Source of the DNA: an uncultured virus (IMG/VR IMGVR_UViG_3300020576_002679) | Lineage: Duplodnaviria > Heunggongvirae > Uroviricota > Caudoviricetes | DNA: 64,000 bases | Direction: 5' to 3' (one strand) | Virus record (IMG/VR): IMGVR_UViG_3300020576_002679 | Shown: positions 28,861 to 38,493 of the stretch, one piece after another | Layout of the letters: every line of letters starts with the position of its first letter | Numbering within the stretch: position 1 is the first letter of the stretch | Program-made: the position numbers and the translations under genes | The notes under the pieces: generated by a model | What the model was told of the DNA's origin: nothing | Database searches by the model: none | What the model saw: only the letters and a program-made list of their open reading frames with translations

Positions 28861-31055
28861 CAATATTCTCTTAAGTCCCACAACATACCTTCGTGATTTT
28901 CGGGTTCCGGGTTTGCCTGCTTCTTCCGCATTGCTCCGCCCTTGCTTCCATAAATAGCATATCCACCGGCTACAAAATAATCGAAAGGGTTCCAGTTTCC
29001 ATACTCAACGTCTTTGCAGTCTTGTAGAAATTCAGAAAACACACACCTGCGCGCGGAAGTTTCTATGTAAGTTCCTACCAAACCGAATACCGGTTCTTTG
29101 ATGGCATCGCCTAGCGTTGTCATGCCCGGTGTTTTTGATTCTTCAATTTTTACACCGCTGCCTTTCTTCTTCTTCTTTACAATATTACGGTATTTCAGGA
29201 AGTGATGATAGCCGCGTTCTGTAATGTAATCCCATAAAGAAGCTACGTTAATTTCGGGGAATATCGGCATCCCTAGAAAGTGACAGGACATAATCATATC
29301 TTCACCGTAACGCCTTTTATCCTGAAAGCGCCAACCATACTGCATTATATAATCATCGGTGAGATAATCTTCTTCATCGCGCCCCTCTTCTACTTCCAGT
29401 ATCAGGTTCATAAACGCCATGGCAGTTCCTAGACTTCGCCTGTCTGAGTTAGTAGCGTTGTATTTGTATGGATCGGCACCGATAGTTCCTGCATGTTTAT
29501 TACCAGGTGCAGGGCATCCATCGGAGGAATGTTTAAATACATTATTAGAAGTATCTATAAGATACTCAATCAATGCGCGCTTAAATAGCCATCGCCCATT
29601 TTCGCACTCCGTGAATATTACTTTAGTGTCCTTTTCATTATTCTCCCATGCAAGGTTTCCAACAACAACATCGTCATTGCCGTAAAGGAAATCATCTAAC
29701 CGCTCATCAATCTTTAGCATGTTAAACTCACAGTCTTTCGGATTAGTACGAAGTGCTTCGCGTATGGTCCGCGGGTACATGTGAATAATCTTCTGCCGTT
29801 CAATAGGATCGGTTTCAGCATTAATTTCTATATCCACCATTTCTGCACCTCCCTTATCAAAATGCCGGTCACCTTTTGACTTTAGCCATTCCATTTGATA
29901 CGGCAGCGGGTCATTAATAATAGAGGCACCGAACTGATCGAATTTGTATGTTTCAGGTGCACCTTTAAAGAAACGAACGAGGCCGCTCTTAGTTTGACCT
30001 AATGCCGTGAGCTTAGTCGGGTCATGGTCCGATTGGTTCCACACCTTTTTAAACTCAATGAGTCCACCCTTAGTAGTTTCCTCAATAGTAGTAGTAAGCA
30101 GCGCCTTTCCAACTACCCGATCACGCACACGCAAACATTGTTTGTGAACGCGCCATGCTTGACTGATAAGCATTTCCTCTGTCTTACCGCACTCATCGTC
30201 AAAATAAAAACCTAGCTTCTGTCCGTCAAACGCAGTGTGCACGGTTGAACGCGCTTCGATAGAAGAGTGCAACTCATCACTCGTAAGCTCTGCCAGTGTA
30301 TCATCCTCATCAAATTCTATTTCGGAATCACTATCACGGAACTTTATTTCCTTAACCGGATATGTTTTGTTATCATACTTAGGGGAGAAGTAGAAGGGTA
30401 ATTTTCTCCATGGCAATACTACTACACGCTGAAACAAATCTTTTGCATCATCGTTTGTTTTTGACTGCATACCTACGTGATAATTCAGTTCCGAAGTAGC
30501 ATTAAACAAACAGCTATTGCCGCCACGGTAAGACTTACCGTCACGCCTCATAGTCATTTCGATACCGCCATATACCCAAGGTTCCTTCTCTACTACTTCT
30601 TCCCACCAGTAGTAATATTCGGCATCTATGAAACGGAAGTCGGGCAAACCATCATCCAGGTAGTAGTAGTTACAATAGTGCCAGTGCTTCGGTGTGATGT
30701 AAACCGGTTTACCATAAATGTAAATCCAAAACCCGTTATTTTTTTTCTCCCACTGCGAAGCAACAAAGCTCTCATAGTCCTTATTCCGCCTTACAATATC
30801 TAGCACCTCGATACGCCCTGATATCCCCTCCTTACCTTTCTTCTGTGCGGTGCGTGTCATTTTCCAAACCCAATTCGGAACAATCTCCCGCTGAAAAAAC
30901 TGCTTCTCTACCGGCAGGCCAAAGTTGGCAATCTTCTCAGGGTGCGGAGGTTCAGGAAGAGTTACCTTGTATGGAGTAATACCATCAATGTTCTTTCGGA
31001 GAGTTATATTTCTTTCCGGGTCCTGATATTTCGTGTATTTTGGGTTAATCAGCAT
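28860..31055 (-). CDS. terL: Terminase large subunit
   Basis: RRDGKS Walker A, FYFDDECGK Walker B, GADPY nuclease, FPEIN and FDYFVAGG; crAss-like type. Confidence 0.9.
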   Translation of the reverse strand: MLINPKYTKYQDPERNITLRKNIDGITPYKVTLPEPPHPEKIANFGLPVEKQFFQREIVPNWVWKMTRTAQKKGKEGISGRIEVLDIVRRNKDYESFVASQWEKKNNGFWIYIYGKPVYITPKHWHYCNYYYLDDGLPDFRFIDAEYYYWWEEVVEKEPWVYGGIEMTMRRDGKSYRGGNSCLFNATSELNYHVGMQSKTNDDAKDLFQRVVVLPWRKLPFYFSPKYDNKTYPVKEIKFRDSDSEIEFDEDDTLAELTSDELHSSIEARSTVHTAFDGQKLGFYFDDECGKTEEMLISQAWRVHKQCLRVRDRVVGKALLTTTIEETTKGGLIEFKKVWNQSDHDPTKLTALGQTKSGLVRFFKGAPETYKFDQFGASIINDPLPYQMEWLKSKGDRHFDKGGAEMVDIEINAETDPIERQKIIHMYPRTIREALRTNPKDCEFNMLKIDERLDDFLYGNDDVVVGNLAWENNEKDTKVIFTECENGRWLFKRALIEYLIDTSNNVFKHSSDGCPAPGNKHAGTIGADPYKYNATNSDRRSLGTAMAFMNLILEVEEGRDEEDYLTDDYIMQYGWRFQDKRRYGEDMIMSCHFLGMPIFPEINVASLWDYITERGYHHFLKYRNIVKKKKKGSGVKIEESKTPGMTTLGDAIKEPVFGLVGTYIETSARRCVFSEFLQDCKDVEYGNWNPFDYFVAGGYAIYGSKGGAMRKKQANPEPENHEGMLWDLREY

Positions 31056-31693
31056 TATTTAGCTTGCCGTTTACGCGCATTTTCTTCCGGTGTGATAGCC
31101 CTTCTCTCTTCCAGTATTCTTTGCGATGCCATATAATCAGCTAGGCCGTTATCGCTTTGAAACACTTTTTCACTCATCTTATCAATGTTAGCTTTCATAT
31201 CCTGAATAGTCTTGAATATCGAGGCACGGTTTTTAATATCCAGTGATTTGCCCGAGTCACTTATCAGCGCTTGATTGTAACTGTAGTAAGCCTCTATCTG
31301 CAGCGCCAGTGCCATGTAGTCCATATCGCCCTCGAACTTCAAGAACTGCATTACCGCATCCACTACTCTACGATTATCATTTCCGAACAGGTCCTTTATT
31401 TCTTCTGCCTCGTAACTTTTTATCCCGCAAAGGAAAAGAGCGTATTGTTTCCGCTGAAAAATATCCTGCACCTTTCTAACTAACGGGCTTTTCTTATGAT
31501 ACGTGTAGATGATGAAACGGAATACCTGATCTTTAGTCATACTCGGTATATCGAAGCCCTCTCCGTCCTCAAACTCCTGAAAGATATTATACAGTTGAGG
31601 GAAGATAACTGTTACAGGCTTTTCAGGCGGAACTTCGTGTATGTTCCACCGCATATCTGTATAATCATTTGGGCTTATTTTTTCGCTACTCAT
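31055..31693 (-). CDS. Hypothetical protein, terminase small subunit candidate
   Basis: Coupled directly upstream of terL; helical. Confidence 0.45.
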   Translation of the reverse strand: MSSEKISPNDYTDMRWNIHEVPPEKPVTVIFPQLYNIFQEFEDGEGFDIPSMTKDQVFRFIIYTYHKKSPLVRKVQDIFQRKQYALFLCGIKSYEAEEIKDLFGNDNRRVVDAVMQFLKFEGDMDYMALALQIEAYYSYNQALISDSGKSLDIKNRASIFKTIQDMKANIDKMSEKVFQSDNGLADYMASQRILEERRAITPEENARKRQAK

Positions 31694-32673
31694 ACCGTTG
31701 CTTCTTCTAGTATCATTACAATTTCAGGCTGACGCACCATATACTCACCGGTATCTAGCATAGTTGCACCCGCTAAGATAAAATAAACTCTGTCACCGGG
31801 CTTTACGTCTGTCACCAATCCACCGATTTCAGAAACGGTGCCGATGCTGTGTTGCTTACGCGCAGATTCAGGGATGAGGAAGCGGCCTGCTTCTTTTTTA
31901 ATCGGTTCAGGAACAATTACCACCTTATCCGAGAACGGCATCGGGAAGCCATTCTCCATAGTGCAAAAAATATCATCCACCAACATATAAATATACCGCT
32001 TATCCAGGGTGATGTTATAGGAGTTCTCTATGCACACGTCACTTTCCTGCTCATGCAGAATTATCTCATCTATTTCTAATCCCGAATCAAGCGGTGCAGC
32101 AACAACTTTTGCCAGTAGCTTTTTATGTTTCTCCCACTGAAGCAGAAGGATAGGCGATTTTGTTTCCTTGTTGATGATGGCATTACCATAGCCCTCTATA
32201 AATTGCTCTTCTGTTTCCGATGGCAACTGTTCTGCTACCACGTAGTTATTGAGCGAATAGATTTCATCATTCCGAACGTAGCAGATTAAAAAGCCATACG
32301 GAATAAGCAGGTACCGCTCTATCTTTCCGTCTACTTCATTCTCGAAATAGCCGCCCGACTGATGCCATTGCTTACCGAGCTCTACCGCATTTTGTTCAAA
32401 GTAAACTGTATCACCATTAGCGATAAGCGGTTCTTTTACTACGCGAAGTTTTTTCCCTAGCCCTTTACCGTATCGTATGATATCAGTCACATGGATAATC
32501 GGAGCAATAGCCACTACCGTTCCACGAACTACCGCATGCCGCTCTTTCTCATAGCTCAGGTCTACATACAACTGCAAACCACCGGCAGTTTTAATAGTTT
32601 CGTCTGCTTCGTAAAGTTTCAATAGCACCAAGCCGCTGCCCGGTTCAAATTTGTTTGGATCAATGTTATTCAT
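31690..32673 (-). CDS. Tandem GroES-like co-chaperonin (three repeats)
   Basis: KTAGGLQL..RGTVVAI..GDTVYF; LNNYVVAE..AKVVA; PFSDKVVI..FLIPESA..GTVSEIG..VKPGDRVYF. Confidence 0.7.
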   Translation of the reverse strand: MNNIDPNKFEPGSGLVLLKLYEADETIKTAGGLQLYVDLSYEKERHAVVRGTVVAIAPIIHVTDIIRYGKGLGKKLRVVKEPLIANGDTVYFEQNAVELGKQWHQSGGYFENEVDGKIERYLLIPYGFLICYVRNDEIYSLNNYVVAEQLPSETEEQFIEGYGNAIINKETKSPILLLQWEKHKKLLAKVVAAPLDSGLEIDEIILHEQESDVCIENSYNITLDKRYIYMLVDDIFCTMENGFPMPFSDKVVIVPEPIKKEAGRFLIPESARKQHSIGTVSEIGGLVTDVKPGDRVYFILAGATMLDTGEYMVRQPEIVMILEEATV

Positions 32674-33004
32674 GCTTCTTAAATGTGGTGTATAATTGTT
32701 TTCGCTTACTCTTTTTTTCAGGTTCCGGCAGCGGGTCAGGATTAACTACATTTTCTGCCATGAACTTTAAATGCACCTCCTTTAACAATTCCCGAGAATC
32801 CGGTTCATGTTCATATTTATTGTGGTGTTCTCTGCAACCGCCCATTAAGTTAGTAATATCATTTTCTAAATGCCTATAATTTTTCTTGGGATAAATGTGC
32901 ATTACATCAACTGCTCTTTGTCCGCATCCGGGTATTTCGCAAATCATAAAATCACAAGTTGCGTAACCGAAGTAATGTAGATAGACTTTAGTGTAATGCT
33001 TCAC
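32666..33004 (-). CDS. HNH-like endonuclease
   Basis: CEIPGC..AVDVMHI..NLMGGCREHH. Confidence 0.7.
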   Translation of the reverse strand: MKHYTKVYLHYFGYATCDFMICEIPGCGQRAVDVMHIYPKKNYRHLENDITNLMGGCREHHNKYEHEPDSRELLKEVHLKFMAENVVNPDPLPEPEKKSKRKQLYTTFKKHE

Positions 33005-33393
33005 TTCTTACCAGTTTTGTAAAAGTTCACGCCATCATGCAGCAACTTCTTCCCTTTCTCAGTAGCAACTATCATTCTGCCCTTCCCTTCCACCTCCACA
33101 ATTTTCAACTTCCCGTTTTTGATATTTCGGTTAAGGTCTGCTACCAGTTCCGTTTTTTCATCTACACGCATGCGCGCCCATATTCTACGCTCCCCTACAC
33201 GCATAGGGTATTTCTTACCATTATGCTCTACTTCTCCCCATTCATCTTCGTTGCGCCACTTCTCCGAATAAGTCTGCTTCACCCGTTGTAGGTGAAGATA
33301 GTAAGGGAAAATAATTACAAACATGAGGAATAGCAGGAAGCCTACTGTTATCCAGGTATCAGAATCGCGGAGGGAGTTCAGGAATGTTTCCAT
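33001..33393 (-). CDS. Hypothetical membrane-anchored protein
   Basis: One N-terminal transmembrane segment; coupled to neighbours. Confidence 0.6.
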   Translation of the reverse strand: METFLNSLRDSDTWITVGFLLFLMFVIIFPYYLHLQRVKQTYSEKWRNEDEWGEVEHNGKKYPMRVGERRIWARMRVDEKTELVADLNRNIKNGKLKIVEVEGKGRMIVATEKGKKLLHDGVNFYKTGKK

Positions 33394-33617
33394 TATTTTA
33401 TAGCAGGTTTTTCCACGAATGTAATAATCAGTGTGGTATTGGTTTTAATGGCAATGTTCTCTAGCATTTCTAGGGAAGGACGTTTATTCCCTCTCTCTAC
33501 CTGACAAAGATGTAAAGGCTTTACGCCTATCATTTCAGCAAGTTTATTCTGCCGTAGCTTTTTTGCTTTACGAACAGACAGCACGGCCAGTCCTACATCA
33601 TTCTTGTTTGCTAGCAT
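33393..33617 (-). CDS. XRE/Cro-type HTH regulator
   Basis: RKAKKLRQNKLAEMIGV...VERGNKRPSLEMLENIA. Confidence 0.85.
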   Translation of the reverse strand: MLANKNDVGLAVLSVRKAKKLRQNKLAEMIGVKPLHLCQVERGNKRPSLEMLENIAIKTNTTLIITFVEKPAIK

Positions 33618-34038
33618 TGTAATCTCTTTTGTCTTCTAGCGGAAAAATATCCGTAGTGTTTATCGTTGTTGTTATAAAATGAACGCCATCACCGCTGATA
33701 CGCACCTTGTAAGCATCATCTTCTCCATTCCTTGCAGGGCCGATTATCGTTCCCTCATAGCCTCCGTATTGCTCAAACATAAACTTCTGACCGGTTTGAA
33801 CTTCACCTGATGCCCTTTCATACGGAGTAATAGGATGAACGTATATATTGGCATCCTTAACGTTTAAAGAAAGTTGAATGTGGAAAGATTTTTTATTGAG
33901 GCTATAATATTCTTCAAAACGCTCCTCTAAAAATCGAAGTAAAGATTTATCATTGTAGTCCTTTCCCGCTGCTGTTAAGCCTGCCGAAACATAGGTCAGT
34001 CGCAATACTTTTTTAAGGCTTTCTTCTTTTAATTCCAT
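33598..34038 (-). CDS. Hypothetical protein, first gene of leftward operon
   Basis: ATG 34038 lies just downstream of TATATTTG at 34051-34058. Confidence 0.6.
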   Translation of the reverse strand: MELKEESLKKVLRLTYVSAGLTAAGKDYNDKSLLRFLEERFEEYYSLNKKSFHIQLSLNVKDANIYVHPITPYERASGEVQTGQKFMFEQYGGYEGTIIGPARNGEDDAYKVRISGDGVHFITTTINTTDIFPLEDKRDYNASKQE

Positions 34039-34050
34039 ACTTTCCAAAAG

Positions 34051-34121
34051 CAAATATATACTTTCCTGCAATATTTTTTATTACAAAAGTTTGGATTTGT
34101 GAAATACTATGTTTTTATTTG
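34051..34121. promoter_or_regulatory. Divergent promoter region
   Basis: Minus: TATATTTG at 34051-34058. Plus: TTTG(34090-93)-N20-TTTATTTG(34114-21), a near-consensus Bacteroidota promoter. Confidence 0.55.
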
Positions 34122-34122
34122 C

Positions 34123-34252
34123 GTTCAGAATTTGATGCCGCAATGAATCAAGCTATTACTTTACTAATTAAAAATACTCAGACACGCGAAGGTGGACCTC
34201 TCTTTCGTTGCGGCTTGTAGAACTTCTACCGGAGCGTGTCTGTTCTTTTTTT
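34123..34252 (+). promoter_or_regulatory. Structured leader/attenuator with alternative pairings
   Basis: CAGACACGC..GGTGGA / TCTACC..GCGTGTCTG followed by a T run; GCCGCAATGA is complementary to the loop sequence TCGTTGCGGC. Confidence 0.55.
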
Positions 34253-34570
34253 ATGGAATATAAATCACAAGCCTCCAATAGTCGGTCTAGCTACCAATAT
34301 ACTATTACACTGGATGATGTTCTAGTCATTATGGATAATGACCGCGGCATGAGCGTTACCAATAACATGGAAAATGTGCTCAACGAAATTCAGAACATGG
34401 AGGGTAAGACTTTTGCGGCTAATCAAATGATTATCTATAAAGATACATCGGGACAGTGGGATGGTGTGGAGATAGTTGGTAAGCGAAACGGGAACATTGA
34501 AAGTGTTATGTTTCTAATGCTAGCATGTAACTCAATGGAGGAAGCAATCGAAAAAATCAAGGGGCTATGA
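34253..34570 (+). CDS. Hypothetical protein
   Basis: GMSVTNNMENVL...IIYKDTSGQWDG phage-type motif; start moved to ATG 34253. Confidence 0.65.
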   Translation: MEYKSQASNSRSSYQYTITLDDVLVIMDNDRGMSVTNNMENVLNEIQNMEGKTFAANQMIIYKDTSGQWDGVEIVGKRNGNIESVMFLMLACNSMEEAIEKIKGL

Positions 34571-34938
34571 AATTTCACGAACCATTACCAAAGCCTAGAG
34601 TAGAGGCAATTGAAATTATAGATTTCAATATTTCCGTTAAACCTATAATACTATCAACATGGATAAATAAAGGCGAAGTTCACCCTGTTACAAAAAAAGT
34701 TTACAGGACAAGGCGCAAACACACTTTTCCATTTATATCAACGGACATTACAATAAAGTTCAAATCAAAGATTTTAAGGGTAGGTGATTTCTTTACCCTA
34801 GATACTCATATGCAATTCTGCGTTACCTCTAGAGTTGAAGATTTGTGTATCGCTTTAAATGCAACTGCAACTAATAGTAGTATAGAAATAAAGACTAAGC
34901 ATGAAGTAGCACTTTTATACTCAGGTAGCAGTAATTAA
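34567..34938 (+). CDS. Hypothetical protein
   Basis: ATGA overlap with the upstream gene. Confidence 0.55.
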   Translation: MKFHEPLPKPRVEAIEIIDFNISVKPIILSTWINKGEVHPVTKKVYRTRRKHTFPFISTDITIKFKSKILRVGDFFTLDTHMQFCVTSRVEDLCIALNATATNSSIEIKTKHEVALLYSGSSN

Positions 34939-34969
34939 ACGTTTTTTCTAAACCAAACAATAAATAACA

Positions 34970-35374
34970 ATGTCAAAAAACAACAACATCGTTTCTCTCG
35001 CAGTGTCGAAGGAACAAGCTGTGATCCGCAAGACGTTCACAGAATTAGAGCTAACAGACCTTAAAGAGGAGTTTGCTCAGGACTCTATTGTTCATTCCCG
35101 CCTTGAAAGCGAGTTAAAGGAAACTAAGCTCGAATTTAAGCGCAGAATGGACCCAATCAAATCAAAGGCGAAAAGCACATTAAATGCTATCGTTAAAGGG
35201 TTTGAGGACATTCACATGGAAGTATTGCTCGTTCCTAATGAAGAGAAGAGAACCATGGAGCAGTATAGCGAAGAGTCAGGAGAAATGGTAGGCAGCCGTC
35301 CTATGACGATTGATGAGAAGCGTTACTATACGCAACTTGACTCTATTCCTTCTGCAGAAACCGCAAAGGCTTAA
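34970..35374 (+). CDS. Hypothetical coiled-coil protein
   Basis: A-rich start context; GEMVGSRPM motif. Confidence 0.65.
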   Translation: MSKNNNIVSLAVSKEQAVIRKTFTELELTDLKEEFAQDSIVHSRLESELKETKLEFKRRMDPIKSKAKSTLNAIVKGFEDIHMEVLLVPNEEKRTMEQYSEESGEMVGSRPMTIDEKRYYTQLDSIPSAETAKA

Positions 35375-35405
35375 TTATTTATTCAGCATACCTAAATCAA
35401 ATTGT

Positions 35406-36113
35406 ATGAACACGACAAACATTGAAATTAAACAGGAAGGAAAAGAACTTATTATCCTTTCAGGTGCAGCCGCTCCATACAGAGAGCCGCGTATTATCAA
35501 AATTGAGGGAACTATCGCCTCTCTAATTGACTTTGCTCAAAAGCGCAAAGATTTATTAACGGCACAAAACTCTCACATCGTTATCGAAGTAGGAAAAGGA
35601 ATGGACCTTACTGCAACATTTGTCGCAGACGAAGACAGCCATTTTGCAAAAACCGTAGTAGGTAAATTAGTAGCTAATCAGGAGATTCAGGACCTCGGTA
35701 TCAATACTGATAAAACCTACACAACTAATCAGCTTCGTAACCTTCTAAAGTTAAAGCGCCATTTATTCAAAAGCCGTGACTCTCAGGCTGCAATAATGAA
35801 AGCCTTAGAAGACTTCTCAGCAAAAACAAGTATTACTTTCAAAACCTCTAATGATTATGCAGGTAACGTGGTTTTTAATAAAATCACTGAATGCACATCA
35901 AATCTTGTTTTAGAATTTGATTTGAAAGCACCTATCTTCATTGGCTACGATGATAAAGAGTTTGCCGTAAAGGTAGAAGTTCAACCGGTAGACGGTGAGC
36001 TTCGTATGAACCTTATCAGCTATGATTTAGTAGATAGAGTGAAAGAAGTGATTGAAGGAGAAAAAGCATCGTTAAGAACTACGTTTGCAGCTATTCCCCT
36101 TATTTTTAAGTAA
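35406..36113 (+). CDS. Hypothetical protein (DUF2303/YfdQ-like)
   Basis: Start MNTTNIEIK at 35406; IEGTIAS, FDLKAPIFIG. Confidence 0.5.
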   Translation: MNTTNIEIKQEGKELIILSGAAAPYREPRIIKIEGTIASLIDFAQKRKDLLTAQNSHIVIEVGKGMDLTATFVADEDSHFAKTVVGKLVANQEIQDLGINTDKTYTTNQLRNLLKLKRHLFKSRDSQAAIMKALEDFSAKTSITFKTSNDYAGNVVFNKITECTSNLVLEFDLKAPIFIGYDDKEFAVKVEVQPVDGELRMNLISYDLVDRVKEVIEGEKASLRTTFAAIPLIFK

Positions 36114-36164
36114 ACAATAAAATATCCGGGTATAACCTGCCCGGATATTTTCTTATCCATCCAT

Positions 36165-36992
36165 ATGTCACACAAGGATCCCGCATTTTTGTTTTATCCT
36201 GAAAAATGGATTGTAGGCGCTGCCGGTATGAAGTGGGAGGCGAAGGGAGTATATATCCATCTTCTAGCCTTTCAGCATCAAAAGAACGGTTTGCCGGTAA
36301 CTCCCGAGGAACTGGCGGAGCTAATCGGTATGGAGCTTCAGGCGTTCCTAACCGTATGGAATACATACGGCCTGTGCAAAAAATTCAGCGAAAAGGACGG
36401 TAAATTGTTCAACGAACGTTTACACGAAATCATGCACGAACGTTCTCATCAGGCCAAAGTTAACAAGGTAATAGCCGTTTACAGAGAAGTATTGAAAAAA
36501 CTCAACTTACCTGCAAAAGAGCGCGAAATGTTCAAAAAAGGAGGTAAACATGAATTTGATGTGTCTATTTTCTTGAACGAAACGCACGAAACGCTAAACG
36601 AAACTATAACGAAGTGGTTAACGAATCGTTGCACGAACCTTATAAGTACAAATACAAATACAGATTATAATACAAATACAGGAGTTAAGGAGAAGCCGCA
36701 AGATTTTCTAAAAAACTACAACGAAATTGAGTTTGATAACCTGCTGATGAAGTGCGGAATTAAGGACGAGGAGGAAAGGATTTTTGCGGTTACCCAGTGG
36801 GGACTTAAGGTATTCGAAAACGGTTGGGAATACAGCCCCGATACAAAATCGGACTATGCTAAACTCAATGCAGGGCTTGAAAAATGGCTTAATTCATGGC
36901 ACAGGAACGCCAAACGAGGCGAATTTAAGGGAGGACAGGGCAATAGTGCCGGAGAGCAGAAACCCGAATTTAAACGAATAATATCATCCTAA
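36165..36992 (+). CDS. Replication initiator (DUF1376/YdaU-like N-terminus)
   Basis: DPAFLFYPEKW...AKGVYIHLLAFQ...LFNERL; NTNTD linker; directly upstream of DnaB. Confidence 0.75.
   Translation: MSHKDPAFLFYPEKWIVGAAGMKWEAKGVYIHLLAFQHQKNGLPVTPEELAELIGMELQAFLTVWNTYGLCKKFSEKDGKLFNERLHEIMHERSHQAKVNKVIAVYREVLKKLNLPAKEREMFKKGGKHEFDVSIFLNETHETLNETITKWLTNRCTNLISTNTNTDYNTNTGVKEKPQDFLKNYNEIEFDNLLMKCGIKDEEERIFAVTQWGLKVFENGWEYSPDTKSDYAKLNAGLEKWLNSWHRNAKRGEFKGGQGNSAGEQKPEFKRIISS
36412..36680. repeat. Iteron-like ACGAA repeats plus AT-rich tract (putative origin)
   Basis: ACGAA at 36412, 36424, 36436 and 36577, 36586, 36598, 36609, 36621, 36633, then AAATAC repeats. Confidence 0.55.
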
Positions 36993-38482
36993 TGGCAGAT
37001 CCACACGAAATAGCACAGAAGTCACTTGCGCGTAAATCATCGGCTACCAACGCCCTTGACTACGGTAAGCTACCTCCGCAGTCAAAAGAACTGGAGGAAG
37101 CTGTCTTAGGTGCCGTGATGATTGATAAAAATGCAGTCCTGAATATTGCGCAGGTATTCCACCCGGAAGTATTCTACGTGGACTCTCATCAACGAATTGC
37201 AAAAGCAATAAAAGAGCTTTACGATGCTAGAAACCCGATAGACTCACTCACAGTAGTAGAAGTTCTAAAGAAAAACGGGGACTTGGAAAGTGCGGGAGGT
37301 CCGTTTTACGTGGCACAATTAACGAGCAAAGTAGGAAGCTCCGCGCATATCGAGTATCACATGCGGGTAGTTATCGAAAAATACATAGCCCGCATGCTTG
37401 TATCATCCGGCACCGAGCAAATCAAGGAAGCCTACGAAGATACTACAGACGTATTCGAGCTCCTGAACAAGTGCCACAAGGCATTTATCGCAATCGAACA
37501 AATCGCCCACACAGGAGCTACCGAAAACACGGCCAGTATCGTAGATGCCGCATTAGTCCGTATGGAGGCAGGCAATAGCGCAGTTCCTTCTTCGCACAGC
37601 GCTATCAACAAAAATCTTTTCGGTTGGAAGAAGGGAAACATGGTAGTAGTGGCCGCCCGCACAGGCATGGGAAAGACAGCGTTCCACGTTTCCGAGCTAG
37701 TGAACCTTTGTTTGGCCGGTGTAAAATGCGCTAGCTTTAACCTAGAAATGATGCCCGAGCAATTTATCATCCGCGGTGCATGTAATATTTCGGAGGTAGT
37801 AAATACAAAATACCGTCTTAAGGTGATGAACAAAAAGGAGGAAGAGAACTTCTACCTAGGCATCGAACAAATCCGCCAGTTTAAAAACCTGCACCTCGAT
37901 TTCACATCGGGAATTACCGTATCGCAAATCCGAGCTAAAATACGCAAGTGGAAATTTGAGCACGGCCTAGAAGTGGTATTCATTGATCACTTGCAATTTA
38001 TTTCACCGGAGGACGCGAAAGGGAAAAACCGCGATATCCAAATTGGGGAGATAACCCGAGAGCTAAAAGCCATCGCAAAGGAGGAGGAGGTGTGCATAAT
38101 TCTATTCTGCCACATCAGCCGCGCAGCGGAAAAGAACGCCAACAAGCGTCCTACCCTAGCCGAGCTTCGGGAATCAGGGAACATCGAGAACGATGCGGAC
38201 TCCGTAATCTTCCTAGTCCGCCCTGAATACTATTTCGAGAAGACTTCGGACGGCAGGGTAAAGTATAACGGACCCGAGGAGGAAGCATTCAAAAACATCT
38301 GCCAGGTATTCTGTGACAAGAACCGTGACGGCTTTACTTTCGAAACCGAATGGAACTGTCACCTAGGAATATCGAAATTCAAGGACGTGATTGATGAAAT
38401 GAGGGGCATCGGGAATAAACCCATGGAGGCACCCGCTATAACTGATACCCCAACAGTTGGGGATGAGGAAACACCGTTTTAA
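36992..38482 (+). CDS. dnaB: Replicative DNA helicase
   Basis: LPPQSKELEEAVLG, AARTGMGKT, FIDHLQ, LRESGNIENDAD, KNRDG. Confidence 0.95.
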   Translation: MADPHEIAQKSLARKSSATNALDYGKLPPQSKELEEAVLGAVMIDKNAVLNIAQVFHPEVFYVDSHQRIAKAIKELYDARNPIDSLTVVEVLKKNGDLESAGGPFYVAQLTSKVGSSAHIEYHMRVVIEKYIARMLVSSGTEQIKEAYEDTTDVFELLNKCHKAFIAIEQIAHTGATENTASIVDAALVRMEAGNSAVPSSHSAINKNLFGWKKGNMVVVAARTGMGKTAFHVSELVNLCLAGVKCASFNLEMMPEQFIIRGACNISEVVNTKYRLKVMNKKEEENFYLGIEQIRQFKNLHLDFTSGITVSQIRAKIRKWKFEHGLEVVFIDHLQFISPEDAKGKNRDIQIGEITRELKAIAKEEEVCIILFCHISRAAEKNANKRPTLAELRESGNIENDADSVIFLVRPEYYFEKTSDGRVKYNGPEEEAFKNICQVFCDKNRDGFTFETEWNCHLGISKFKDVIDEMRGIGNKPMEAPAITDTPTVGDEETPF

Positions 38483-38493
38483 AAACTAGATAT

